A DNA stretch of 64,000 nt from an uncultured Nitrososphaerota archaeon (lineage in GTDB: Archaea > Thermoproteota > EX4484-205 > JAAOZO01): the NCBI GenBank assembly GCA_964408285.1, contig CAYOYV010000001.1:128001-192000 (forward strand), given 5' to 3'. The position numbers and the translations under genes are program-made. A model generated the notes under the pieces. It saw nothing but the letters and a program-made list of their open reading frames with translations, was not told the DNA's origin and made no database searches. Positions 8,396 through 17,775 of this stretch are shown here, piece by piece. Within the stretch, counting starts at the first letter, position 1, and each line of letters opens with the position of its first letter.

Positions 8396-10228
8396 ATGGC
8401 CACAGCAGCAGTATCCTATCGTCCCGAGATCGGACTTCTCCATATCCAGGCATCTGAGATCGGAGATGATATTGAGCAGCCCAAGAGGTTGGCTTGCTTC
8501 TACCTCAGATTCGCGGGTAGGACCGAGAGATTGAAGGTGGAAACGCCTAGAGGAATTGAAGAAATCACGTCAGAGAAGACAATCAGGGGGCTAATGGAAA
8601 GATCGAAAGCTATCTCAAGGACAATCAGAGCGGCGTCCTTTGACAAGCAGTTTTCGAAGTCAGTAGAGCTCGCTGAACTCAGCGTATATCCCGCGATAGG
8701 CCTTGCGTATTCTCCTTCCCAAAGAATCCACAAGCCACGGCGGGTCACATACGCCTTCTATTCCGAGGATGAGGCTACAAGACTGAATGTTGGGGAAAAG
8801 AGCACCAACTTGACCAAACACCCGCCTATGTCTCATCTAAGGATCTCAATTGACGAGGATAGACATCTCTATTCCGTCCAATACCTAGCCGAGGCCTACA
8901 ATAGGCTGATTTTAGATGTCTCTTTCTTCATGAGGGGGCTGATCTGCAAAGAGTTTCTCGACAGAGGCAGGTTCTCGGAATTTGTCATATTCCGTCAATC
9001 CATAGGAAAGTCATACCTCAGGAATGTGTCCGGAGGACTAACTGAGGATCTGGAGTCTTCGATTATTCATCATTCTTCGTTTAGATCGATTGGACTCTCA
9101 AAGCTCTATCCACTTCTCGTTGACGAAAAGGTCCAAGAAATATACCTCGATCGCGTGGGAAAGAGAATATACGTGGATCACTCTCTTTCCGGCAGACTGC
9201 TGACGAACATCCGTCCCCGAAGACAGGACATTGAAGCTTTGGTGACAAATCTCCGGCGGAATTCAGGGAGGGAGCTTGACGCTCGTGTTCCGTCAATAAA
9301 GGGTGACCTCCAAACAGATCTCTTCATCTCCAGAGTGGCAATAGACTGCTATCCCTTGGTTGATTCCGAATACGCTTTTGACATCAGGAAATTGAGACCC
9401 CGCCCCTTCTCCTTGTTGGAACTAACTAGACAGGGCTCAATAGACGACGTACTAGCTGCAATCCTAATATCAGCTATTGTCTCTAAGATGAATATTTCAA
9501 TAGTGGGTGAGCCAGGAAGCGGAAAAACGACGCTTCTCTGTGCCCTAGACCTTGTGACTCCTCCTTGGTGGAGAAAAATATACATCGAGGATGCTGTCGA
9601 ATTGAGGTCCTACAGTGAGTCCAATTCAGCCCATTGTCTGAGGATAATAGTGGATCCGTTCGAAAGCTCAGAATCTTCTAGGAGGAAATCAGATGAGATA
9701 ATCAAGGTTCTCCATCGGAATCCTTCGTATGTTGTTCTAGGAGAGGTACAATTCAAGGATCACTTCAAAGCTCTGTTCCAAGCGATGGCAGCTGGAATAA
9801 AGCTCATCCACACTGCTCACGCTCCTTCAGGCAGGGGCTTCATCCAAAGAGTCGTCAACGTGTATGGAATTCCTTCAGAGCTCGTGTCGAACCTGGATGT
9901 GCTGGTTGAGATGGAGAAACTCGAATCTTTCCGAGACGTCAGAAGAGTCGTTTCAGGCGCATATTTCCTGACGGGCAATGACCCAAGTGGTAAGGAACAG
10001 GGGCAACAGAGCTCGCTGAGAGAGATTGGCAGATGTCCCCGCATTGAGGATGGCCATCGGATTCTTGAGGAACTCGAGACAAAGAACAGAAAGCACAGCG
10101 GATCAGTCGTCGCCTTGTTTGACCAAGTCTTGGATTCAATACATACAGCTCAGGAAAACGGATCGGAGATCCTAAGATTTCCTCTCCAACATCCCCGGAG
10201 GAACGACGGCTCAGGATCGACAGGGTGA
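8396..10228 (+). CDS. Type II/IV secretion ATPase (VirB11/TadA/CpaF family)
   Basis: Walker A GEPGSGKT, Asp box IEDAVEL, Walker B VVLGEV, His box HTAHA. Confidence 0.88.
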   Translation: MATAAVSYRPEIGLLHIQASEIGDDIEQPKRLACFYLRFAGRTERLKVETPRGIEEITSEKTIRGLMERSKAISRTIRAASFDKQFSKSVELAELSVYPAIGLAYSPSQRIHKPRRVTYAFYSEDEATRLNVGEKSTNLTKHPPMSHLRISIDEDRHLYSVQYLAEAYNRLILDVSFFMRGLICKEFLDRGRFSEFVIFRQSIGKSYLRNVSGGLTEDLESSIIHHSSFRSIGLSKLYPLLVDEKVQEIYLDRVGKRIYVDHSLSGRLLTNIRPRRQDIEALVTNLRRNSGRELDARVPSIKGDLQTDLFISRVAIDCYPLVDSEYAFDIRKLRPRPFSLLELTRQGSIDDVLAAILISAIVSKMNISIVGEPGSGKTTLLCALDLVTPPWWRKIYIEDAVELRSYSESNSAHCLRIIVDPFESSESSRRKSDEIIKVLHRNPSYVVLGEVQFKDHFKALFQAMAAGIKLIHTAHAPSGRGFIQRVVNVYGIPSELVSNLDVLVEMEKLESFRDVRRVVSGAYFLTGNDPSGKEQGQQSSLREIGRCPRIEDGHRILEELETKNRKHSGSVVALFDQVLDSIHTAQENGSEILRFPLQHPRRNDGSGSTG

Positions 10229-10238
10229 GCGCCAACAG

Positions 10239-10790
10239 ATGGATGGTTTGACGAAATCCCGAAACCGTGTAGCCTCACTCGCGAGAATCACCCGAAGGCG
10301 CTTCCTGCCCATGTCAAAGCGCAGTAGACCGGATTCCTATCTGTTTTTCCTATTCTTCTCCCTCAGGAAAGCCGGTCTGTCGTTTCCGGAGGTGTGGCAT
10401 CGGTTGGCAGAAATCGAGAACGAGCCCGCTCTGATTACCTCGATGGTCAACAGGCTGACCCAAAGGAATCGTTACAGAGGATCAAGTCTATCTGGCAAGC
10501 TACACCGTTGGGAAGGCTTGCTTAACATGAGAGATGGGGTCAGATCCAGACTTGTCTTGCTTGAGACAAGTATCAGAAATCGATTCAGAATAGGAGCTGC
10601 TAACATGCAGATGAAGCTCATAGTGCTGACATTCTTTCTTTTCGTTGTGCCTTTTTCAGCCTTAGTGTCATGGTCATACCTTCTCGGGGCTAGAACGGAT
10701 TTGCTGGTTCTTTTCGTCCTCATGTATCCTCCCTTCCTAAGTATAATTTCGGAATGGGCCACGAAGACCGATGAGGAACTGGTCTGCTGA
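10239..10790 (+). CDS. TadB/TadC-like membrane platform protein
   Basis: Helical cytoplasmic part (LRKAGLSFPEV) plus two C-terminal TM segments, directly after the ATPase. Confidence 0.55.
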   Translation: MDGLTKSRNRVASLARITRRRFLPMSKRSRPDSYLFFLFFSLRKAGLSFPEVWHRLAEIENEPALITSMVNRLTQRNRYRGSSLSGKLHRWEGLLNMRDGVRSRLVLLETSIRNRFRIGAANMQMKLIVLTFFLFVVPFSALVSWSYLLGARTDLLVLFVLMYPPFLSIISEWATKTDEELVC

Positions 10791-11574
10791 ATTGGGTGGT
10801 ATGCTTTGGCCAATATCTTGCGTGTTAGCATCAATCGTCATATCGACAGCGCCAATGGATGACGAGTTCAGGATAGCTCTGGCTTCAATGCTCTCCTTGT
10901 TGCTCGCCTTTGCGGCCTCACTTCACAGCGTCCAAAGAAAAAGGGAGATTCGCCAGAAAGAGCAGCTTCTCGATTTCTATTCAGGTCTTTCCGAGAATTT
11001 CTCAGCAGGATTGGGACAGGAAGCATCGTTCCTTATGCAGGCCAACTCGAGCGAGTTGCTCAGCAGACAAGGAAGATCTTGGATCATTCTTGAGTTGGCC
11101 GGGGGAATGAAACTCGAAAGGCTCCTTGAGAAAACGGCTGAAAAGGGGAGGGGGCTTGAGAGACAATTGCCTGAAGTCTTCGGACATCTGCTTCTGAGCG
11201 GCATGGCAAGGACAAGTGTGGCATCAGAGATCCTGAACCTCTGGACAGAGAATCTAGCCATATCGACAGAAACTGACCGCTTGTTGTCGGAGACCTCATC
11301 TAGGGCCCAATTCCTTTACTTTCTGAATTCGTTTGCTTTCGGCTTTCTCGCTTCCTCATTCAGTCTGATCCGAAAGATGGCCAATCCCTTTGATGCCTTG
11401 ACTCGCGTTTCGTCGAATCCGTTGGTTCCACTGGCCATTTTCGCGTTTCAGTCGACTATCTACCTGCTTGTGTGCAAGAGGTTCAGCTTCACAAGACAGC
11501 TGGAAAAATACGCGATATCCGCATTGATCTTCTGGGGGACCTTCTTGTGCTTCCAAGGCGTTCTGGATTATTGA
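10771..11574 (+). CDS. TadB/TadC-like (T2SSF-type) membrane platform protein
   Basis: N-terminal TMs, LLDFYSGLSENFSAG helical domain and three C-terminal TMs. Confidence 0.6.
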   Translation: MRNWSAELGGMLWPISCVLASIVISTAPMDDEFRIALASMLSLLLAFAASLHSVQRKREIRQKEQLLDFYSGLSENFSAGLGQEASFLMQANSSELLSRQGRSWIILELAGGMKLERLLEKTAEKGRGLERQLPEVFGHLLLSGMARTSVASEILNLWTENLAISTETDRLLSETSSRAQFLYFLNSFAFGFLASSFSLIRKMANPFDALTRVSSNPLVPLAIFAFQSTIYLLVCKRFSFTRQLEKYAISALIFWGTFLCFQGVLDY

Positions 11575-11585
11575 TTCATTGGGGA

Positions 11586-11593
11586 TTATATAC
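11586..11593 (+). promoter_or_regulatory. TATA box of the major pilin gene
   Basis: TTATATAC about 20 nt upstream of ATG 11614 (leaderless geometry). Confidence 0.55.
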
Positions 11594-11613
11594 GCTATAG
11601 CCCCTATCCGGCG

Positions 11614-11814
11614 ATGACTCAGAAAAAGAAAGCAAGGATAAAGGCTTCACAGCTGATAGAGGAGGGTCTGCTGATAGTGTTGGCTCTTGTGATGGTCGGC
11701 GCAGTATTCGGCGTCTCCAAGTCCTTGGTAACGGGCATAAGCGGCTTTTTCGATAATATAATAAAGGGAATAGGGGACATCGCATATAGTCTCTTCGGTT
11801 GGGTAATTCCATAG
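11614..11814 (+). CDS. Short class III signal-peptide pilin (Flp-like major pilin)
   Basis: Basic leader MTQKKKARIKA, then SQLIEEGLLIVLALV with Glu at +5 and a hydrophobic helix. Confidence 0.75.
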   Translation: MTQKKKARIKASQLIEEGLLIVLALVMVGAVFGVSKSLVTGISGFFDNIIKGIGDIAYSLFGWVIP

Positions 11815-11831
11815 CCTCTCCTTGATCTCAG

Positions 11832-13700
11832 ATGAACGAGAAGTCCGAGCGGGCCATATTCGTCAGCCTTGCAGCAATGTCATTGATCCTTTTCGGATTG
11901 AAACTTCTTTCTCGTGACCTTGTTTCGAATCAGCTGTCTTATCTGCTATTGACAGTGGCCAGCTGCTCTTGCATCTTCGCTTTGACATATTTCATCGGAA
12001 GGTCAGTTCGCGAGATATCAGTATCGTCATTTCTGGATGGCAGCCGTAGTGGCGACGTTGCGATATTGAAAGGAAAAAAGGATACCATACTCATCAAGGG
12101 GTTTGAGGTCATAGAGGGCCCTGACCCAGATCCAAAGTACTCGCAGTCGGAGAGCAGATCTCCACAGGCCCAAACGCCCCTTGAAGCATTGGTCAGGGTA
12201 GGAGTACAAGCAAGAATCATTACATCTGTTTCTACACCATCCAATATAATTTCCTCCTCGGCTGGCAATGATATCGAACGACAAGGGTTGATTAGAACTG
12301 TCGTCCTTGTCTTCGAGAAATGCGAATCCTCTGAGTCCGCAGAAGCTAGGAATATTCTCGATAGGCAGTGTGAGGTGGCGAAGTCTGCAATGCTGACGTC
12401 AACTAGGAATTGCCGAGTCAATCAACTGATTGGAGAAGCCCTGCTTGATTATCTCGAGGGGCTCTATCTTTACGATCATCGGAACCAGGGCGTTCGTCAA
12501 GCTGCGACTTTTCTCAGAAGCGTCTCCTTGGCTCATTTCCAGGATGGCAGGTTTATTGACATAGTCGGAGGCTCCTTCATTCCGCCTCCCCAGAACACCG
12601 AGAGAATCCATTTGGGCAACACTCTTTATGCAGGGGTCATGGGTCCAGATTGCACTATCCCACTATCCTCCTTATCTAGGCATGTGACAATATTCGGCTG
12701 TACTGGGGCAGGAAAATCGAATACGGCCAAGGCTTTGCTCATGACTCTTGTGAATAGGGACATACCCGTACTTGTTCTGGACTTCCACAATGAATACCTA
12801 GGCCTCATGGCTGCCATCGGCGGCCTAGCGATACGATTCGGGGGCGAATGCCATATTGATCTGCTGAACCCAGTCGATGCTGGCAATTTCATAGATCATG
12901 TCACAGTCGTTGCCGATGTCTTCGATCACGCCTATCACTTCACGGCCTCTCAGCAATTCGTCTTCAGAGAAGCACTGATGAGAACCTTCGCCTCCTGCAC
13001 ACTCGGCGGGAACCGCCCCACACTTGAGGATGTTGTGAATGAGATTGAGCGATATGAAACCAAGACCTTCTACGAACATGAGACGAAATTCGCCTTGCTG
13101 AGGAGGCTCAAACCATTGATCGAGGGAGAGGGCAGGAAGGCATTCGTCAATGGCAGACCGATGAACGTTCACGAACTGTCCAAGAGGCCTTGCGCACTCG
13201 CATTCGGAGACCTGAAGAATACCGGTCTAAGGAAACTGGCAGCAACAATGATCTTGGCCCTCCTCTACGAACTGAGACTATCCGAGGGGGCAAGTCCCAT
13301 CAGACATGCAACCATAATAGAGGAATCTCAGAATGTTCTGCCCTATAGGCTCAGAACAGAGGAAGCGACGATCATCGAGAGAATGTTCTTTGAGATGAGA
13401 AAGTATGGAGAATGCCTAGTTTTGCTGGCCCAATTCCCAACACAAATATTCCCGGACGTGACAAAATCTGCTGGGACAAAGTTGGTTCACAGACTGACGG
13501 AGGCTGGAGAGGCGGAGCTAATCATGGATGTGATGGGACTGGGGAGAAATCTGTATTCTCAGCTTAAGTACTTGCCGGAGGGACGGGCCATTGCCCTCAT
13601 TGAAGGTCTTAGCTACCCGATCACTATTCAGATCCCTCTTGCAGAGTCATATTCGCCACCTTCACGGCTTCAGCCAGTTCATTCGATTGATACAGCCTAG
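11832..13700 (+). CDS. Membrane-anchored HerA/VirB4-like (DUF87) ATPase
   Basis: Two N-terminal TMs, RHVTIFGCTGAGKS, LDFHNEY, Walker B IIEESQ, EMRKYG and AQ motifs. Confidence 0.85.
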   Translation: MNEKSERAIFVSLAAMSLILFGLKLLSRDLVSNQLSYLLLTVASCSCIFALTYFIGRSVREISVSSFLDGSRSGDVAILKGKKDTILIKGFEVIEGPDPDPKYSQSESRSPQAQTPLEALVRVGVQARIITSVSTPSNIISSSAGNDIERQGLIRTVVLVFEKCESSESAEARNILDRQCEVAKSAMLTSTRNCRVNQLIGEALLDYLEGLYLYDHRNQGVRQAATFLRSVSLAHFQDGRFIDIVGGSFIPPPQNTERIHLGNTLYAGVMGPDCTIPLSSLSRHVTIFGCTGAGKSNTAKALLMTLVNRDIPVLVLDFHNEYLGLMAAIGGLAIRFGGECHIDLLNPVDAGNFIDHVTVVADVFDHAYHFTASQQFVFREALMRTFASCTLGGNRPTLEDVVNEIERYETKTFYEHETKFALLRRLKPLIEGEGRKAFVNGRPMNVHELSKRPCALAFGDLKNTGLRKLAATMILALLYELRLSEGASPIRHATIIEESQNVLPYRLRTEEATIIERMFFEMRKYGECLVLLAQFPTQIFPDVTKSAGTKLVHRLTEAGEAELIMDVMGLGRNLYSQLKYLPEGRAIALIEGLSYPITIQIPLAESYSPPSRLQPVHSIDTA

Positions 13701-13836
13701 AACTGGATTTCTGCTTGGGTGCAATCCTGGCTCCACAATAGGGACATTGCCTCCGCTTTGTCCCGACCTTCATGCCGGTGTAGCGTCCACAATCGGAGCA
13801 TCTAACTAGAAGATACAGAGTCCTTGCCAAGTTCAA
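13624..13836 (-). CDS. Zn-ribbon protein (DUF1922-like)
   Basis: YLLVRCSDCG...CPYCG, downstream of AK6. Confidence 0.7.
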   Translation of the reverse strand: MNLARTLYLLVRCSDCGRYTGMKVGTKRRQCPYCGARIAPKQKSSSRLYQSNELAEAVKVANMTLQEGSE

Positions 13837-14401
13837 GAAACCTCCTGATCTCTTCTTCCTTCATCTTGAGAGTCCAATCTATGGAAGGTCTGCTGCCCAC
13901 GAATCCGGTCTCGATGAAGCGTCGGAGAGCTCTGCTGAGCTGGCAGATGGTCTTACCAGTTGAGTCTATTTCGAATACATGCGTCCTGTCCTTGAGCTCG
14001 GATGAGATCAGCCCTATGAACTCAGCAATCGAATTGTCCTTTGCTTTCTTGGCTCCGTAGCGCCTCTGCAATCTCCGATATAGCTGCGAGGGCTCCAATC
14101 TCATCAGGAAGATGCCAGCCTTCGACTCCTTAGGTACAACATGGTGCGAGAAAGAACCATCTAACAGAACAACACGGTCTCCCCTTTCACGGACGAGTTT
14201 CGCTATAGCTTTCTTGAGCCTTCCCATGTCCGCAACGTATGCCTCTCTGCCCCTGTCGTAGCTCCGATAGATGTGTTGTTTCCTGACAAGCTCACCTATT
14301 TCGATATATCCATAGCCGGATTCCCTTGTTGCGTGTCGGCATAAGGTTGTCTTGCCAACCCCCGGGGTGCCCGTTACTGCAATTACCCTTGCTCTCGTCA
14401 A
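13802..14401 (-). CDS. Adenylate kinase, AK6/Fap7 family
   Basis: VTGTPGVGKTT and RLQRRY...KAKDN motifs. Confidence 0.85.
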   Translation of the reverse strand: MTRARVIAVTGTPGVGKTTLCRHATRESGYGYIEIGELVRKQHIYRSYDRGREAYVADMGRLKKAIAKLVRERGDRVVLLDGSFSHHVVPKESKAGIFLMRLEPSQLYRRLQRRYGAKKAKDNSIAEFIGLISSELKDRTHVFEIDSTGKTICQLSRALRRFIETGFVGSRPSIDWTLKMKEEEIRRFLELGKDSVSSS

Positions 14402-14612
14402 TGCCTAAGTTAATGTGGGATCAGGTTATAATAACCTAATCTGAGTCGGTTGGCTGGAACCACCAGATATTGGGACGAAGGCTTTTGATTCAAGAAAATG
14501 CAGGGAATGCCACACGCGGACTCCCAGAAACGGATCGAAAAGGAGAAGCCCAAATATGAGTGATCTGAGATCTCCGCAATCTTAATCAATTGCTGAGAGA
14601 ACGGACAGAGAG

Positions 14613-14714
14613 GCTCCGGTGGTGTAGTCCGGTCAAGTTGGCCGATAGCATGCGAGCCTCTCGGTAATCTGAGGGGGAGAGCTCGCAACCCGGGTTCAAA
14701 TCCCGGCCGGAGCA
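14613..14714 (+). tRNA. tRNA-Glu(CTC) with two introns (14636-14646 in the D-loop; 14664-14679 at 37/38)
   Basis: Acceptor GCTCCGG/CCGGAGC, anticodon stem CGAGC/GCTCG, T-arm CCGGG TTCAAAT CCCGG. Removing both inserts gives a canonical cloverleaf. Confidence 0.9.
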
Positions 14715-14739
14715 CCTCGAATACTCGATGAGGGGAAAT

Positions 14740-16368
14740 TCACTCCTGTTGCTTTTTCTCTGGCATCTTCATCGAGAGCAACATGTCATCGATCCTAAGG
14801 AGTATTGATGCCAACTCCGTCGACGAATTCAGTATCGTCCTCACCGTTCTAAGTGGCTCCCATATTCCTCTCTTCTTTGCATCGGCTATCTCGCCCTTGA
14901 CCGAATCTATGCCGACATAAGTGCCCTTCTTGTTTGAGTGGGCGGCTCTGAGGTCGCCCAGAGCCTTTGTTACCTTCATCCCTGAATTGTCAGCTATGGC
15001 CTGAACGACATCCGTTAGGGAATCGGAGAAGGCCTCAATGACCATCGCCATCTCCCCCTTCTTATTGGTAGAATATCTTTTGGTTCGGATTGCCAGTTCA
15101 GCGAAATCGGATGCTCCGGTCGGAACGACCTTAGGCTCTGTGAATAGCATTTGGATCCCTGCTAGTGCCTTCTTGATGGCTCTCTCGTTCTCCTTCATGA
15201 GTTCCTTGTTGACTCCCCTAAGAAGGATGGACACCGATCTTGACTTGAGACCGCCTTCGATCATGACGGCCTTTTCGTTTTCTAGCTTCCTCTCCTCCAC
15301 TACAGAGGCGCTTCCAAGGATTGCAGGCGTAACGTCCAGATAGTAGCTCACGATTTTGCCTCCTGTGGCTCTCGCCAATTTCTCTATGTCCGATCTCTTG
15401 ACATTCTTGATGGCCAGAATCCCTGCCTTGGCCAAAGAAGAGCTCGAGGTATCGTCGATACCCTTCTGGCATATCAGCACATTCGCCCCGCTGTCCAAAA
15501 CCTTCTTGATCTTGTCTGTCACAGACTTCCTTTCTTCGGCCTTTAGCTTCATATAGGACTGCGGATCCGTGAATTCCAGTTCAGACGATATCTCTGTTTT
15601 CTTAACTTCCAATGGGAAGTCTATTATTGCGATCCTTGCTCCAAGTATCCTGTCTGGCATGTTGGGGTGAACTATCTCCTTCTCGATTATCAGTCCCTTG
15701 ACCAGTGACGATGAAGAAACATCTCCCCCGGCCTTACTGATTATTGCCACATTATCTGAGTCAAGCTTCATCTGCCCGTCAATCTGCTCAGAGACGCTGT
15801 CGACTGCCTCCATGATTAGATCGGTGAACTTGTCTGACGCCTGTAAGTCGCTTCTGCTAAGCGTAGGAAGTAGTATGGTCCTCACCACGTTCCTTACCCC
15901 TTCCTTACTCGATGGAGGAGCATTCATGGCCATTCTCCCCAGAATTGCAGTACAGAACTTGAGCGCGTCGGCGTATCCTTGGGCTACTATTGCAGGGTGA
16001 ATGCCCTTCTCATACAGATCTGCACCATGCCTAACTAGCCTTGAGGTCAGGAAGATAGCCCTAGATGAGCCATCACCTTCATTCTTATCTAATGTCTTTG
16101 CCGCTTCTACATATAGCTTCCCGACTGGGTGCTCTATGTTGGCCTCAGAGAGAATCGTGATGCCACTCTTGCTGTAAGTCACATCCCCGAAGCTCCCGAC
16201 GAGCATCTTGTTCAATCCTCGGGGACCAATGGATGTCCTGACGACCTCGCCGACTATGGAGCTAACAGACAGAATGTTGGACAGTGCGTCTTCCCCACTC
16301 GTCCTAGCCACGTTCTCTTTCATTATGTACACAGGTTGACCCCGAATTTGAGCCGGAATGGCTTCCAA
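14740..16368 (-). CDS. Group II chaperonin (thermosome) subunit, divergent
   Basis: GPRG.NKML, QKGIDD and LLRIDD motifs. ATP motifs are altered (GDGSSR, SKSG). Confidence 0.9.
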   Translation of the reverse strand: MEAIPAQIRGQPVYIMKENVARTSGEDALSNILSVSSIVGEVVRTSIGPRGLNKMLVGSFGDVTYSKSGITILSEANIEHPVGKLYVEAAKTLDKNEGDGSSRAIFLTSRLVRHGADLYEKGIHPAIVAQGYADALKFCTAILGRMAMNAPPSSKEGVRNVVRTILLPTLSRSDLQASDKFTDLIMEAVDSVSEQIDGQMKLDSDNVAIISKAGGDVSSSSLVKGLIIEKEIVHPNMPDRILGARIAIIDFPLEVKKTEISSELEFTDPQSYMKLKAEERKSVTDKIKKVLDSGANVLICQKGIDDTSSSSLAKAGILAIKNVKRSDIEKLARATGGKIVSYYLDVTPAILGSASVVEERKLENEKAVMIEGGLKSRSVSILLRGVNKELMKENERAIKKALAGIQMLFTEPKVVPTGASDFAELAIRTKRYSTNKKGEMAMVIEAFSDSLTDVVQAIADNSGMKVTKALGDLRAAHSNKKGTYVGIDSVKGEIADAKKRGIWEPLRTVRTILNSSTELASILLRIDDMLLSMKMPEKKQQE

Positions 16369-16466
16369 ACAGAATCACCAAGAAGCTGACGCGGAATGCC
16401 TGATAAAAAGGTTTTTGTCTTAATCCTTAAATAACTGTGGCAGTTCTCGACCGAGGAACGGATCGA

Positions 16467-16757
16467 TTGGGGAGAATCTACGACGCACGCATCAAGAAGT
16501 TGGGCGATGAAATACTGAACAAGTACCAAAATCAGTTAACAACCGAATTCCACGAGAACAAGAGGATTATTTCAGGGAAAATGAATACACGTTCCAAATT
16601 CATTATCAACAAAGTCACAGGATATGTGACATCCAAGGTCCACAAAATGCGAAGTGTGACTGAAGAACCCGGCACTGAATCAACTGGGACAGCAGAAGGG
16701 GAAGAGCTGAAACAAGAGGAGGCGACCACTGAGACGAATGAACCTGCTGATAACTGA
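16467..16757 (+). CDS. rps17e: 30S ribosomal protein S17e
   Basis: GRI...IKK...F.ENK...SK...NKVTGYVT. TTG start; acidic C-terminal tail. Confidence 0.88.
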   Translation: MGRIYDARIKKLGDEILNKYQNQLTTEFHENKRIISGKMNTRSKFIINKVTGYVTSKVHKMRSVTEEPGTESTGTAEGEELKQEEATTETNEPADN

Positions 16758-17106
16758 GGAATCATATGGGTGGGCCCGGAGAAAGGTAACCGAAGCAAAG
16801 ATGGCTCTTTCAAGTTATCTAGCCGAGTCAGGAAATGATGGTAACGCCATTCTGGTTAGCTCACTTGAGGACATCAAACAAGCGCTACTCTACATTGACT
16901 GCGGGGATTCAGGTATCGGATTGGAAGCTATTCAAGGAAGAGGTTCAGCATATTACAAACTGATAGAATATATCGACGGGGCAATAGCGGCTACCAACCT
17001 GCTTGATGATAGGTCGGCATTTCTGTACAACTTCGCTTTCAATCTAGTGACCATGGCAGAGCAACTGCTTGGGCAAGTAGAGCAAATATGGGGATTCAAT
17101 CGCTAG
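16738..17106 (+). CDS. Hypothetical helical protein
   Basis: 122-aa ORF overlapping the rps17e stop; no recognised motif. Confidence 0.55.
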   Translation: MNLLITEESYGWARRKVTEAKMALSSYLAESGNDGNAILVSSLEDIKQALLYIDCGDSGIGLEAIQGRGSAYYKLIEYIDGAIAATNLLDDRSAFLYNFAFNLVTMAEQLLGQVEQIWGFNR

Positions 17107-17714
17107 CTGTGGATTGAATGGATGTTTTTCCTTCTCCTACCAAGAGACCTCAAGACCCTATCTACTATGTATGGCTCCATCCCTATCTGAATGAATTTCT
17201 CCCTGATCTCTCGCGAACTCTTGCCTCTCCACTTGTTTAGCAACAACAGACTTGTCTCTCTTCCCTCGTAAGGGAATATGACCCACTTGCGAGTCCTTCT
17301 CACCCAGAAGTCCGGCCTGACCTCGCTCCAAGGCTTATAGAAGACGGTGGCGATTCTGAATGATTTCACATTCTCGCTTGCCAGATAGTCCCTGAGTCTC
17401 CTCAAGCTTTTCCCCGTATCCGCTACGTCATCGACGACTAGTACTTCTCTGCCGGCAACTGGTTCAGAGGGAGGCTGTGTTATTGTGGGATTCTGCGCTG
17501 TCTTAGCTATTCCCACATAAAATTCGATTTTCACTGTCGCGATATTTGGGTTGTCAAGCTCATCGGACAAGACTCTTAAGGGAACAAGGCCGCCTCTGTT
17601 TATGCCAAGCAACAGATCGAATTTCCTCCCAGAATTCTTCACTCTGTCTGCGAGCTCCAGACACAGTCTATAGAAGGGCCCCCACCCAACAACTTCAAAG
17701 TCCCTTACGGTCAT
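17103..17714 (-). CDS. Purine phosphoribosyltransferase
   Basis: RGGLVP, VLVVDDVADTGKS and WVIFPYE motifs. Confidence 0.9.
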   Translation of the reverse strand: MTVRDFEVVGWGPFYRLCLELADRVKNSGRKFDLLLGINRGGLVPLRVLSDELDNPNIATVKIEFYVGIAKTAQNPTITQPPSEPVAGREVLVVDDVADTGKSLRRLRDYLASENVKSFRIATVFYKPWSEVRPDFWVRRTRKWVIFPYEGRETSLLLLNKWRGKSSREIREKFIQIGMEPYIVDRVLRSLGRRRKNIHSIHS

Positions 17715-17775
17715 GAGCTTTGGCCTGACGACCTGAAGAAGCGATATAAATCATATCCATCAGCATCACGCGTAC

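Noticed and set aside
14410-14715. 101-aa minus-strand ORF
   Set aside because: Antisense shadow of tRNA-Glu.
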